Positions 40,750-54,719 of a DNA stretch of 64,000 nucleotides are shown piece after piece (within the stretch, counting starts at the first letter, position 1; each line of letters starts with the position of its first letter). Source of the stretch: Octopus vulgaris (lineage: Eukaryota); the NCBI GenBank assembly GCA_951406725.2, contig OX597825.1, positions 59,582,001 through 59,646,000 on the forward strand, read 5' to 3'. A model generated the notes under the pieces. It ran no database searches. It worked only from the letters and a program-made list of their open reading frames with translations, and was not told the origin of the DNA. The position numbers and the translations under genes are program-made.

Positions 40750-40925
40750 GGTTAGCAATTTTGAAGGGAGGGTAATAAGCAATTACACCAGTCACAGTGA
40801 TCAAGCGGCCCTTAATTTATCGAATGCGAAAGAATGAAAGGCAAAGGATTTGAAAGTGGAAGTGAAAAACCGGAAGAAATTCCGCTAAGCACTTCGTCCG
40901 GCACGGCAACGATCCTGCTGGTTCG
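40750..40925 (-). mobile_element. SINE family A, degenerate
   Basis: GAATGAAAGGCAAAG...GCTAAGCACTTCGTCCGGC. Confidence 0.65.
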
Positions 40926-41082
40926 AGCCTGTAACTCGTGAATTGGTATTAAAGGAAAAAAATATGTGTGTGTATTTTTCTGGGCATAATGACCCTGCCA
41001 AGACACAACAACATCAAAGTTAAAATTGTAACTAACAAAGTTTTAGTTAAACTAAATCTCTTACCTTCTATCGATTATTCAT

Positions 41083-41402
41083 TTCAGTTAGGTAAGAATC
41101 TTAGTCGAACGAATCGACCCCAGTACTTATATTTTATAGTTTGGTATTTATTCAATCGGTCACTTTTGTCAAGCCGCTAAATTACGTGGAAGTAACACAC
41201 ACACACAGGTATGCACACACAGACACACAGACACACACAGACACACACACGTATACGGCAGGTTTCCAAATCCATTCACAAGACCTTAATCTATCCGAAA
41301 CTACAGTAGGAAACACTTATTCCAAGGTGTCATGTAATAGGATTAAACCGGGAACCATACGGATGGGAAGTAAACTTTTAACCACACAGCCACACCTGCG
41401 CT
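41083..41402 (-). mobile_element. SINE family B
   Basis: ATCGACCCCAGTACTT...ACCACACAGCCACACCTGCGC. Confidence 0.8.
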
Positions 41403-41616
41403 TATCTCACCTTAACATTTAAAACTTTGAAATTTTGCCAATATTTTCGTCTTCGATCAGAGAATTGTATAAATAGTTTAATATTTTACCTTCGCTGATT
41501 TTGACTTACAAAAGCTTGGCATGACATATCAGAATATATATTTTTCTTTATGAAATAGTAGCTTCTGAAAGACAGATAATATTAAATGCCTGTTTATGGT
41601 TCTCAAGAACATACGC

Positions 41617-41671
<55 letters not shown>

Positions 41672-41757
41672 GACATGTGTATATATGTATGTACGTATAT
41701 ATATATACATATATATATATATGTATACATATATATATATGTATACATATATATATA

Positions 41758-41788
<31 letters not shown>

Positions 41789-42297
41789 GCATACACAGCT
41801 ATGTGTGTGCACGTATGAAGCAACGTTTGGAATCATCAAAACAGTGAAAGATATGAATCTTTAATACCTTTTGAAAAATTAGATAAACATTTTTCTGCTT
41901 AAGCAAATACAAGATATTTCAATTTGCAAAGATATTTGTTGATATTCACAATAAAAAAACACAACAAATATCTTCTGTAAGTAATTTATTCTTCCATTCA
42001 TATGTAGACATTTTTAGTTTCAAGAAAATCCTGTAATATGTTCTGCTGATGTACTCAAAGGGGGTAAGTGCTAACAATTATCTGTGATAAATGTTTTAGT
42101 TTTGTAAATAAAGGGACAGCAATAGATATTAGAAAATGATTGTTTTACTGTAAATAGTAAAACCAAGTGTGCACTTGACTGTTGTTATATAAATGGTATA
42201 TGGCATACACTAAATGACAATATGATGATCGGTAGATAATTATCATTGATATGTGACAAAAGCGCATCTTGTAGTCTTGCGTTCGTCATGAATTTGA

Positions 42298-42380
<83 letters not shown>

Positions 42381-42744
42381 ATAAGACACAATATATGGAT
42401 TCAAGTAATCCGGTAGTTCTTATAATAAAGCTCTTTAACGTATCGTTGTACGAACCATACATAGTAATATACAAGAGAAAAAGATAAGAAGTGTATAAAG
42501 TCATAAATGATAGAGAAATATTAGAGGAATTTTTATTTAAATGTAATAAAATTAGTTATTTGCATGCTGTTGAGTTAGGAAAACAGTTTTTCGTGATATT
42601 CGGATTTTTCTTTTGTTTGTATATATAATGGTTTTTAAATGTGTAATTTAAAATGTGATTTTTTTCGCATGATGTAATATCTCTATTCATCAATAAAAAA
42701 CTCGTTGGAAACAAGTGTAGTGAAAGGACCCCATCAATCTTTTG

Positions 42745-42797
<53 letters not shown>

Positions 42798-42845
42798 GAG
42801 ATAGATAGATAGATAGATAGATAAATAGATAAATGCATACAGGAT

Positions 42846-43180
42846 AAAGACCCCCTTCGGTCATGAATGACCTTGGGATTGCACTTAGAAAGTTACCCAC
42901 CGAAACACAAGTCCGAGTTTATGGAAACTAGGTCGTTATAGAAGAGCAGCAGGAGTCCATGCATACCAGCCTCTTCCCCCACGCCCTCGATGTTATCCAA
43001 GGGATAGGCAATTGCCGATACAGCTCGACACCAGTGATATTGAAACTCTTTTTTACAGATGAGTGAACTAAAGCTACGTGAAATAAAGTGTCTTGCTAAC
43101 ACACCCAGCCCATTCTGACAATCCAACTCACTACATCATCATTGTGAGCCCAACACTCTGGCCACTGAGCCATGAGCCTT
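42846..43180 (-). mobile_element. SINE family D
   Basis: TAAAGACCCCCTTCGGTCATGAATGACC...GTGAAATAAAGTGTCTTGC...CCACTGAGCCA. Confidence 0.88.
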
Positions 43181-43208
43181 CATGATATTATATGAATATA
43201 TATATACA

Positions 43209-43266
<58 letters not shown>

Positions 43267-43394
43267 ACTGCTTTCAGGGACACCGTAGTTCGTTTTGCAG
43301 CTCCAATATACCACTAAATATATTAACTGTTTATAACTCAATACTGTGTCTTACTTGTTTGCTAGCGGTGCATTGATTTCATTTTTAGTTTATC

Positions 43395-43865
43395 TCTACA
43401 AATTTTATATAGAATTTAAAGCCAGCAGTGAAAGTTAGGACGTTTTGTATACGAAGACGTCTATGTAAACAATACGATCGGAGACAGAAGAATATATGCA
43501 TATTTCAGGAATTATTGCTCCTTCTTCAAAACTACACCTAGCCTATTATCTGTTCACTTTGGCTGGAAAACGAAATATGGTGTCCCTACTAGGAATTATC
43601 ATGTACTATCAGTTGCCAGTAATGTGTTTAATATGTAAATTGGTTCATCCAGTAGTGTTACACCACTAAACGTAGTGGCTGTTTTGAGTAATGTGGATAG
43701 TTAATAGGCTGGATAGGCTGCTGAAAAAAGATCAATAATTCCTGAAATGTGCATATACACAGATTATTTATTTTTCTTTTGCGATCAGTTCGTTTACGTA
43801 GACATATCCGTATACGAAACGTTGTGACTTTTCTGTGCTGGTTCTAAATTATATAGAAAAATTGT
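43395..43865. repeat. Diverged long inverted repeat (arms about 43395-43575 / 43680-43865), MITE- or foldback-like
   Basis: TGCATATTTCAGGAATTATTG vs CAATAATTCCTGAAATGTGCA; GTTTTGTATACG vs CGTATACGAAAC; AGCCTATTA vs TAATAGGCT. Confidence 0.75.
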
Positions 43866-43959
43866 TAAAAATATATATGCCCTGCCCGCTTATCCTTCAT
43901 GACGTTATCGCCTGAAAATTACAGCAATGTGATGAAGCGCATTGTGAAAAACATAGTAT

Positions 43960-44760
43960 AACAATATATATATTGGCGAGACAGGGAATGCATTATCAGA
44001 ACGCTCACGAGTTCACAGTCAACAAACCCGGGATACTAATGTTCGTCAAATTCCATTGAGCGAACATATAGCGACATGTGGTCAGAAAATGGTTCTAATT
44101 TTTCCTTTCCACAAACTACATGACACAAGTGAGGCTGGAAGAAGGATAAAAGAAAAACGTTTTATTAAAACGTTCAAACCTGTTCTGAACGGAAATAAAG
44201 ACAATAATATAACAACCAGTTAACGATGTGGATAAAAAAATATCTCTAGCTTATAAATATAAACAATAACATATGAATATAAAAACATCTTCAAGATATG
44301 AATATAAAAAATATTTTTAACATATGAATAGAAACAATAACATGAATATAAAAAATATCTTTAATATATGAATATAAACAATTTACAGAAGACTTTCAGC
44401 GATTGAAATAAAAATGATCGAAAGCAGTTTGTTCACTCATAAAACCAGTAAATCGCAAGCTAATTGGTTCAAATAAAGGCGCGATCTATACCAGAAATAA
44501 GGGTGTGCCCAGCAAACCGTGACGTTTAAGATGCATGCTGATTAGTCAAAAACGTATCCGAAAAATTCAGCTTGTCGGAGAGTTCTAAAAGCTATAAAAA
44601 GGAAGAAGACAGCCATTTTACTAGAGTTATCAAGTACTCGACTCGACTGTCAGTTAAAACATTTTGAAATCTGATGATTACAGCGAACATATGAAAGCGC
44701 TAATTGAACTTTATGGACATTATTAAATATTTTTTAATATTTAACACACTTCAACATTGT
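43960..44760 (+). mobile_element. Penelope-like element 3' fragment: GIY-YIG endonuclease C-terminus (to stop at 44223), 3' UTR with short tandem repeats and degenerate hammerhead (44668-44705)
   Basis: YIGETGNALSERSRVHSQQ...PLSEHIATC...IFPFHKL...RRIKEKRFIKTFKPVLN; downstream AAT-CTGATGA...GAAA-GCGC-TA-ATT. Confidence 0.8.
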
Positions 44761-45009
44761 AATTTTTTTTTTAAATACAGTAATAAAAAACGCGAAAAGC
44801 AGACCATGTTGTAACTTTATTCAACTCATATATTATTCTACACTCATTTATATAAATTCGGAAAGAAATATACATATATACTTGAGTACAATTGCCAACC
44901 ACACTAGTAATAACGGAAAGAATACTACACACCCACACACACACATATGTATATGTATGCAAATATACGTATATAAGTAAGAAAAAATTATCGTCTTTAA
45001 TCATTGGCC

Positions 45010-45192
45010 GGTTTCCCGGCGTATAATTTCCCCACCTGGACGGGATTACTCATTTTTACCAGCTCAGTGGCCCGGAGCAACGTGTAATGAAGTGTTTTGC
45101 TCAAGAACGTAACGCGTTACCCGGTCTAGGAATCGAAACCACAATCTTACCATCATGATTCCAACACCCTAACCACTAAGCCACGCGCATCC
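45010..45192 (-). mobile_element. tRNA-derived SINE (C/D-type head)
   Basis: Reverse complement GCGCGTGGCTTAGTGGTTAGGG...GGTTTCGATTCC...TTGAGCAAAACACTT. Confidence 0.8.
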
Positions 45193-45226
45193 AATATATA
45201 TACATGTATATACATACATACATACA

Positions 45227-45285
<59 letters not shown>

Positions 45286-45287
45286 AT

Positions 45288-45432
45288 TTTATATTATATT
45301 GAGGGTACTACTATTCGTAGATACCAACACGCTAAGAGAGACCAATGCGGTCAAAACTACTAAAAATGACCGCATTGGTCCCTCTTAGCGTGTTGGTATC
45401 TACGAATAGTAGTACCCTCAATATAATATAAA
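45288..45432. repeat. Near-perfect palindrome: 66-bp arms, 13-nt loop, 1 mismatch
   Basis: 45288-45353 is the reverse complement of 45367-45432 except one A/C opposition. Confidence 0.95.
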
Positions 45433-45535
45433 TGAATATTTTCAAAGATGAAGAATTTACGGATTTTTTCTCTTACGAGGTTTTTCACGCTGACTACTGA
45501 TAATTTCTTTTAAAGATTTTATCCTCAATTGTTAA

Positions 45536-45600
<65 letters not shown>

Positions 45601-45624
45601 TATATGTATATATATATTATATTA

Positions 45625-45671
<47 letters not shown>

Positions 45672-45684
45672 ATACACATACATA

Positions 45685-46411
45685 CAGGGGTTGGACAAAA
45701 TAATGTAGACACCTAGCAAAATAGCATCATAATTTTGAAATATCTATAAAACAGTTAAAAGCTTGTTTATCTTTATGTTTTTTGATTTATTATTAGTATT
45801 GCTTGATATGTTTTGCTATATTTGCTGTTTATTTTGAGATATTATCAGAAAAAGGTAATTAAAATTCATTAAAATGATAGCTCTAACGGACTTTCAAAGA
45901 GGTCGTATGGAAAGAAATTATTGGTGGTAGCGTAACGGAAACAGCCAAAATGTTTGGTGTATCAAGAAGTACTGTCTCGAAAGTAATGATAACCTTTGAG
46001 AAATAGGGAAAAACCTCCTCAAGGAAACGAAACTCCGGAAGAAAACTAAAACTCTGACTCTTACGCGAATTGTTAGAAAAGATCACAAACTACAGCTCGC
46101 AAAATTACTGCAGAGCATAATGACCACCTCGAGAACCCCGTTTCCACAAAGACTGTTCACCGGGAGCTGCACAAAGCCGGTTTTCACGGGATGGCTGCAA
46201 TTAGAAAACCACTACTTTCAAAAACAAACGTTGCAAAGCGTTTAGGGTGGAGTAAAAACCTACAGAATTGGTCCCTACAGCAGTGGAAGAATATTATTTT
46301 ACGCTATTTCCGACCACCGGCCGAGTATACAGGTGGAGCCAAAAAAAGCATTTGACCCAGACTGCCTTCTTAAAACTGTTAAACATAAAGGAGGGTCTGT
46401 GATGATCTGGA
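45685..46411 (+). mobile_element. Tc1-like transposon 5' fragment (TIR plus decayed transposase)
   Basis: TA|CAGGGGTTGGACAAAATAATG; LTDFQRG...FGVSRSTVSKVM...VSTKTVHRELHKAGFHG.AAIRKPLL...TVKHKGGSVMIW. Confidence 0.9.
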
Positions 46412-46479
46412 GGTGGAGACTATATCTCAGCTTCATCTGCAAACCAAATTTGCAGATGAAGACAGCTCTTCCTGAGTAT

Positions 46480-47000
46480 GACGACATCAGGCCTCTCAAA
46501 ATCCTCAAAACAACAAAGCCAATCATCTCTCTCGGGTGGATAACTCTGCTACTACCTCCCTACTCTCTTGACGTACCCTCCTCAATCATCCATCTCCAAT
46601 GAAAGAATCACTGACAGGAAAATGTTCGTTTCTACTTTGGGCACAAGGCTCGAGATTTTGGGGGTGGAGTCCAGTCGATTAGATTGACTCCAGTACGCAA
46701 CAGGTACTTAATTTATAGACCCCGAAAGGATGAAACGCAAAGTCGACCTCGGCGGAATTTGAACTCAAAACTTAAAGACAGACGAACTATCGCTAGCCAT
46801 TTCGCCCGGCGTGCTAACATTTCAGCCAACTCGCTGTCTTGCTGACGGGCAAATATTATGTTGGTCCTGAAATAGTGGAAACTGCTTTTAGGAGTTGGCT
46901 AAGTTTGCAGGCTGCACAGTTTTTAGAAAGGTAGGATACAAGCCCTGATTTGTTGGTGGAACAGTACCTTTGGAAGAGATAGTAACTGTTCAGAAGTATA
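46480..47000 (+). mobile_element. Mariner transposase C-terminal fragment interrupted by a SINE
   Basis: LGWITLLLPPYSLDV (HPPYSPDL-like)...MKESLTGK, resuming after the SINE. Confidence 0.65.
46627..46841 (-). mobile_element. SINE family A with degenerate 16-bp TSD
   Basis: CTGACAGGAAAATGTT (46611-46626) / CTGACGGGCAAATATT (46842-46857). Confidence 0.9.
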
Positions 47001-47084
47001 GATGTGAACCAGTAATCACAGCTATATGTTGATATGCGGGATGTTTCATTGTGTTTCTTATATTACTTTGTGACTCATTCTCAT

Positions 47085-47124
<40 letters not shown>

Positions 47125-47205
47125 ACACACACGTGCATACACATATACAATAAAGCAAATTGTATTACTTTTTGATTCCTCCCTGTATAATACATAATAC
47201 ATACA

Positions 47206-47247
<42 letters not shown>

Positions 47248-47264
47248 CATATATAGTTCAAATT

Positions 47265-47410
47265 TATAGAAAAACAGACAGCAAAAGAGGAAGACAGGTA
47301 AGGGAACAGCAGGCAAATGTATTAGGTTAACGCTCGAGAAAAATGATAAAGTCTTTGACGTTTTGAGCCTACGCTCTTCGAGAGAAAAAATGAAGAGGAA
47401 AACAAACAAA
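47265..47410 (-). mobile_element. Hammerhead-like mini element, degraded copy (motif 47353-47388)
   Basis: Reverse complement TTT-CTCTCGA-A-GAGC-gtag-GCTC-AAAAC-GTC-AAAG. Confidence 0.6.
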
Positions 47411-47576
47411 GAGAGATCATCAGTAATAAAATGTTCTATCTATGCGTTCTGGTACTTCATGTGGAAATGGGTTTAGGCAATATTCTATTGCTTCGATTCT
47501 AAAATTGCGCGGAATATTGCTATGTGGGAGAGATAAAGGACATGTTTAAGGATTAATGGTTCAACATGATGAAATA

Positions 47577-47658
<82 letters not shown>

Positions 47659-47953
47659 CACACGAATTAAATTATGCTCCTCCACTTAGACTGTCTGTCA
47701 GGACGTTAAGTACCGAACATACACAAATATTAGATCAAATTCATTTGAGTGATAACTACGTGTTTTCTATACTGGATATATCTCGCTCTCACCTATTGTC
47801 TATGTACATATATGTATGTATATATGTATGTATGCATGCATGTATGTATGTTTGTGTGCATGCATGCATGCATGTATGAATATATGTACGTATGTATGTA
47901 TGTACGTACGTATGTATGTATGTATGTATGTATGTATGTATGTATGTAGTATG

Positions 47954-48014
<61 letters not shown>

Positions 48015-49963
48015 TCACACAGAAGTGTGACGAAAGAACTCTGGCCGAAATACGATTAATGTAAAATAAAATAAAATAAAATAAAGCTGAAGCAAATTAA
48101 CAGCAAATATATAGTTTGTGTGTTTTATTGGCTAAACTGGCAACGTGACCGTCCCTAAATACAACAATATATTTATATATTTCCTCTTTTATTTCTTTTA
48201 TTTAAGTCATCTGACTGCAGCTATGCTTGAGCGCGCGCACACACACATGAATGTATATATTTATATACATACATACATGCGAACACACACACATACATAT
48301 ATTGTTATATGTATATATCTTGTTCTTTTATATTTAATTGTCCTGCCAAATGATTAGAGAATAATCTTATGCTAAAATGCTTCTACATAACGTCAATTCT
48401 ATTCAGTTGCTCGCAGGTATATTCCTAGTGAGACTTATTTAGTATCTGGGTATATTCCAGCTTTTCCATTTAGGTTGGCTGCTGAAAATATTCTCTCATT
48501 GATTGATATAAAGCCTGAACTATCGTAAACTAGTGATCAATTAACTATGAAAATTAAAGAATATTGTAATTCTTTTTCACATATTTTCAATTAACCCAGC
48601 TCTTTTAACCTCAACACCTAAAACAAATCGAATTCATGAATAAGCTGCTATTCACGATTACACACACACACACACACATACGCGCGCACACACATACACA
48701 CACACACACACTCGTACGCAAGCAGGTACACGTACAAATGCACTCGTACACATATACTTACATATGTATATGCACGTATATGTATATGTATATAGATATT
48801 TATATACATACATATATATATATATATTGTATACACACGTATAGATATAGATATACATACACACCTATAATGTATACATACATACACATGCACAAACACA
48901 TACGCACACACACACACATACACACGCACACACACGCGCGCGCACACACATATACATACACAGAGGTATTTAGTTTCAACTGATTCACGAAAAATACATT
49001 AAGTGTTTTGGTAATTATTTCTGCCGAATCTATTTTGATAAGAACTTTTAATAGCTATGAAGTCTGATTATTTTATCTTGTTTAAATTGACATCTTCAAT
49101 GATGTGGAATTTTTTTCCAAAACAAAGTATGATCAGATATAAATACTCATTATAGTCATAGAATAGTTTTGTGTAATTATATCTGCTATTGAGAAAGAAA
49201 AAAAAATTTCCAGTGGACTTGATAATATGATGAAGGTACAGATAGTGTAATAGTTGCTAGAATTAACAACGCTGCTTTGTTTGAGCTATCAGGAAATGGC
49301 AATCAATTTAAATGGAACTACTGTATTCTTTTAACAAACAACCGAAACGTATTCTATCCCAATTCACTATTTTGTTTTAAGATGTGTAGAGCGAACATTG
49401 TAGAAATTAAATTTCAATATTAACTTCAGACAAGAAACAGAAGGCCAACGTCTGTAACATAAAGTGAAAAAGAAAAGTTTATGTAATACTGAATAAACTG
49501 AATAATCATGAATCGTATGTCGAAGAGAAGTCAACAACGTGGTTGTTTCCAGAACAAACTGTGAGAACAGCATCTCTCTTCAATAAAAGAGACTTGGTAT
49601 CATCTCAGTATTACTGCTCCATAGATGTAGGAACTTTGAAGATCAAGTTGCTGGGTAGATTTTTGACAAGTTGGTTAATTCGGTGGATCAAAAAAGATCG
49701 TAGGACACTCGCCAGCGTTCCTCGTCGGAATGTCGAATTATATTATATTTCTATGTAAACTGTAAAACTATGAAATATAGTGGTTTCCGGATGAGAGGTA
49801 ACAACCTTTTTTTTCCAGTCGCCGAAATCCTAAGAATTCTAGAAATAATGTTGGTTGACGAAATGGGGTTATTCAGCGACAGCATTTTGCCCCTTCCATT
49901 AATTATAGCATATCTTTCTCACCATTATCATAAATTTTCAGCTATCTATACGTTCATATGCAC

Positions 49964-50000
<37 letters not shown>

Positions 50001-51188
50001 GATAGATAGATATAGAGATACATACATAAATACGTACATACGTGCACATGATAGAGCTATTTTTCATGTGTGGATGTTTGAACTTATAAGGTAAAATCCA
50101 TACTTGGAATTTTCATAGGAAAATCTCAGAAATTGTTAATTAACGTAACAAAGAAAACAAGTGCGTCATGTATCCTGGGATATAGCATGTTGAAAGCTTA
50201 ATCCCAAAGATTATTGAAAACTTAATCTCATCGAATTTGACTCACTGTATCAAAGATACCGATTATCTCTTTGATTTCCTTAATGAAGGTTATTCAGAAG
50301 CATAACACAGGAACACAAAGTTACAAGTAAAATAATACGAAAGATGTGTAGGACTTGTTTGCAATGAATTCGAAGATGAATCGGCATCTCAAACATTAGG
50401 AATGAAAGTCATAAAGATCTATCAGTTATTGTTACTTCACCTTAAAAGAATACTCTAAGAGCCGTTAATAAGAGATAACCGAAGAATGATTATATACAAT
50501 CAAATAAATGATAATTTATACAAATTTATTCACGATTTAGTTGATTATATAATACCACAAGGGTTATCTGAAGATTAAGCCTTTCTTAATTCTATAAAGT
50601 CCTTGATTCTTTAAATTCCTTGATTCTATAAATTCTGCAATTCTACTGAGATATACTTCAGAATTGCAATTATGATATCGAATTGATGGAATTGATAGTG
50701 TCACTTGAACATTGAAACATGCTTATAGCTGACACTTTCTTTCATTATATTTAATATTCAGACTTAAATATGAATAACACATTTGTCTGGGTTAAAGAAC
50801 GTTGGAATGGAAAGGAAAATGATATTTAAAGTTATTTAAATTTCCTAAAATCTAAAATCAGTTTGATCGGTGCTTCACTAGTTGGTTTCATGTACAGTGT
50901 TAATTTTGCTAATTAGCTTAACGTTAATCAGCAGATCTAGGATCAAAACCATCCCACTTCTAATCTGTTAATTTGTTCATATAGTATGTCTACATTTTCC
51001 AGTCCCTTGTGAGAGAATTTGGGAGGCGGACACGGAGCGGAAGCAAGTCGCATGTATCCGTGTATGTACGCGTGTATGTTTATATGTATGTATTTATGTA
51101 TGTATGTATGTATGTGTGTGTATGTATGTATGTATGTATGTATGTCTACATGCAAGTATGTATTTATGTATGTATGTATGTATGTATG

Positions 51189-51220
<32 letters not shown>

Positions 51221-51376
51221 TGTATGAATGTACATATGTATGTATGTTTTACTGTAAGATTCAATTAAGTATTTCATTCGGGAGAATTCAAAATGACCAC
51301 TAACCAAGTAGCGTGGCTCTCTTGTTTCTGCTAAGACGGATGTTGGGATTTGTGGTTCGTCTGAATCGTCTGATGC

Positions 51377-51432
<56 letters not shown>

Positions 51433-52226
51433 ATTTGTGCCCATGTATAACTTATAGGTGTCGTGTCTATAGTTTCACTTTCGTATACGAGTGTCTGTGC
51501 TTCACTCTTATTTGCATGTGTGTTAATGCATTCCATATACATATGAGATTGTGTGTAAATATCTAGCCCAGGAAATTCACATGATGAGGCGGCTGCAGTT
51601 GTTTTACATAATCTTCATGTTTAGCATGGGAAACTGTCATGGAGAATCTCTGGAACATTTGACAAAGTTCAACTGTACCACTGATTGACTGTGCTTGGAG
51701 AACACGGGTTTAACTTTTTATTTCTTGGGAGAATCCCAGTTTTTCGAGGTTTTTAAGCAGATCCTTCAGAAAGTCTGTAAGAATATCTGTATGCATGAAT
51801 GCATGTATGTATGCATGTTCTTATGTATGTAATTATGTATAAATATGTATATGCATACAGTCACGCACACACATATACATGCGCACACACGCGGTATAGG
51901 AAGTTAGTAAACTTCGAACAGTACGGGGTAGTATAAAAGACAATTTTCAGCAAAATAAAAGTTTATTGGCATAAGAGGCTGTAGGCTATTCCTATATCGA
52001 AGTTTTAATGATAAGCTGAAAAAGGTTCTTTTTATAGTTCACGGTTAGCAACTAGGGTTGCTATGAATGCGAATAAAAATCTAAATGCTGCGGATGGAGG
52101 TAGTTTAGTGAGTTATCTCGCTTGTCTATGACTAATGTGTTTTAACACAGGCAACATTGAGAGTTGATACACTGATATGCCATTGCAGCAGCCAGAAAAT
52201 ACACAAAGCATATACATTAGTATATG

Positions 52227-52554
<328 letters not shown>

Positions 52555-52561
<7 letters not shown>

Positions 52562-52612
52562 AGGAGAACAATAGGTAAATATAATTTACTTTAAGTTCGA
52601 AACGCGTCTGTG
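52555..52612 (+). ncRNA. Minimal type I hammerhead ribozyme motif upstream of a PLE RT fragment
   Basis: CTGAGGA-GAAC...GTAAAT-ata-ATTTAC...GTTC-GAAA-CGCG-TC; stem I CACC/TGTG has one mismatch. Confidence 0.6.
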
Positions 52613-52829
52613 ATTAACTGAAGTCGTGTTGACTCATCATTTTTCTTTTTACCTACATAAAAAAGTGTGTTATTGTCTTGAAGATTTTTATGGTAGTTGA
52701 AAAAACATTAGCATCTATTTCTAATTCAGTACGGGGCGAGGCACTTAGCTGACCCCTGATTATAATTATGTGTACAGAACACATATATAGAACATTTTAT
52801 TGCTGATGATCTCTAATTCATCATATTCG

Positions 52830-53370
52830 ATAACACAGCCTATCGACAATAAAAGTAGTCTCCACATATACACATTTGGACATGGAATATCATGAAATAA
52901 AAATCTAAGAAAAACCCTCTGAAAAATTTGGAGAAGAATTCGGCTGTGTCTTGAAAGATAATTCGAAGAGATTTCTAGAGACTGCTTCATATTAGGGATA
53001 GAAAATATGGACAAACTGAAACAATTCCAAAATCATATAAGCAACATGAATCCTCATATTCAATTCGCCATGGAATTTAGCAACAATAAACTTCCTTTTT
53101 TACACATTCTAATTACAAGAAGAAATTCACTACTGGAAGCCGACATAAACTTTAAACCAACCGGCTCACGACAGTACCTAGTCTTCACCTAAAGTACTCG
53201 CAAAACATCATTTCAATCAGTCTTATCAAACGTGTATGCAGAATTGTATGAAACCATGAAACAAAAAGAGACCGAAGATGAAATGAAACGAAAGAAACCC
53301 AAACAAATTTACCTTCAAGAACTTCGAACAACAAAACCCAAGAAAGAAAAAAATATTTCAAATTTTAACC
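52830..53370 (+). mobile_element. Penelope-like element reverse transcriptase pseudogene fragment
   Basis: KRFL(D)DCFI with frameshift...NMNPHIQFAMEFSNNKLPFLHILI...DINFKPTGSRQYLVF. Confidence 0.8.
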
Positions 53371-53374
53371 CAAG

Positions 53375-53451
<77 letters not shown>

Positions 53452-53564
53452 GTATGTATATATACCTACAAATATTAATTCAACATCAAAAACAAGAACT
53501 GAAAAAACATCTTAATTAGCATCTAATTATAAAAAAGCAAGAATTCCACTAAAAAGAAAATTGG

Positions 53565-53833
53565 CCAGTGCTGCAATGTACGTTGTGTTCTCCACAAGAC
53601 ACTTTATTTCACGTTGCTCAAGTCCTCTTAGCTGGCAAAAAAAAGTTGTACCTGTATTTCAAAGGGCCATCCGTTGCCACATTGTGTGTCACGCTGAATT
53701 TCCCTGAGAAGTACGTTGAGGGTACGTTTGACTGTGGAGTCCTTAGCCACTTGCACATTGATTTCACGAGAATGCTCTTCCATTGATCGGGTCAACTGGA
53801 ACTGGAACCCTCGTCATCGTAACCGACGGAGTC
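53565..53833 (+). mobile_element. SINE family C, 5'-truncated
   Basis: GTACCTGTATTTCAAAGGGCC...CCCTCGTCATCGTAACCGACGGAGT as in 25587-25971. Confidence 0.85.
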
Positions 53834-54682
53834 ACAGTTTAAAATCTAAATCTTGGCTCTTATTTTTACTTGTTGAGTCGGAAAGAAGTGGTAGCGCTCA
53901 TGATCTTTGCAGGTTTCTCTGAAACCGGTAAGCTTGATGTTATTCACTTGTTTGTCAATTCCGAGAGGAAAAAACAATTACAGAGGAAAGGTTCAAGGAA
54001 GACTATGATCTAGGGAAATTCATGGAAATTTTTTTAATTTTTATGAAGGGCTGGAAACGGTGGGTGTTGCATGCGAATATGGTAAAGCAAGTTGGAAAGA
54101 CGAGTGAATCAGATAGGCTCGAGTGGAAGATAATTATCCTCTTTAAAAGGATCATATCTTTGAGAGTAGAGGCTCTAAACGTCGACAGTACCACTCCCTG
54201 GTGGGTGCTGGTCAGGTCGAAGGGCACATAAGGCTTTAGGGGGCAATGAAGTCACATAGCTAGCTCTGAGGAAAGGAGGCCATTAGGTGGCAATAGAAGA
54301 GGGCGAGATAGGTAGATAATTAGATAGAGAAATAGCTAATTAGATGAGAAACAAAGAGTGAGAAGGAGAGAGAGAGAGAAAGATAGAGAGAGCGAGAAAA
54401 AGTGAGAGAGAAAGAGAGAGAGGGCAGACAGAACACCTGTTCACTAGGGTTGATAAATTTGATAACAGGATAGCTGTTAGTTCTTGCAACCACCTCACCT
54501 ACAATCACCACCATTACCATCACTACTACTACTTCCATAACCATCATCGTTACCACCAACTACCACTTCCATGACCACTACCACCACCACCACCACCACC
54601 ACCACCACCACCACAACCACCACCACGGCCGCTGCTACCGCCGTCGCCGCCACCTCCACCACCAGCGCCACCGCTGCCACTG

Positions 54683-54719
<37 letters not shown>

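Noticed and set aside
41900-42069. Two open segments each ending in GTAAGT
   Set aside because: The implied intron is only 41 nt, acceptors are weak and no homology is recognised.
48013-48060. CGTCACAC/GTGTGACG hairpin overlapping TGACGA...GAAA
   Set aside because: Stems I, II and III cannot be formed; not supportable as a ribozyme.
53990-54300. Possible Tx1/L1 3' remnant
   Set aside because: Only a faint KRWV-like resemblance; too degenerate to call.
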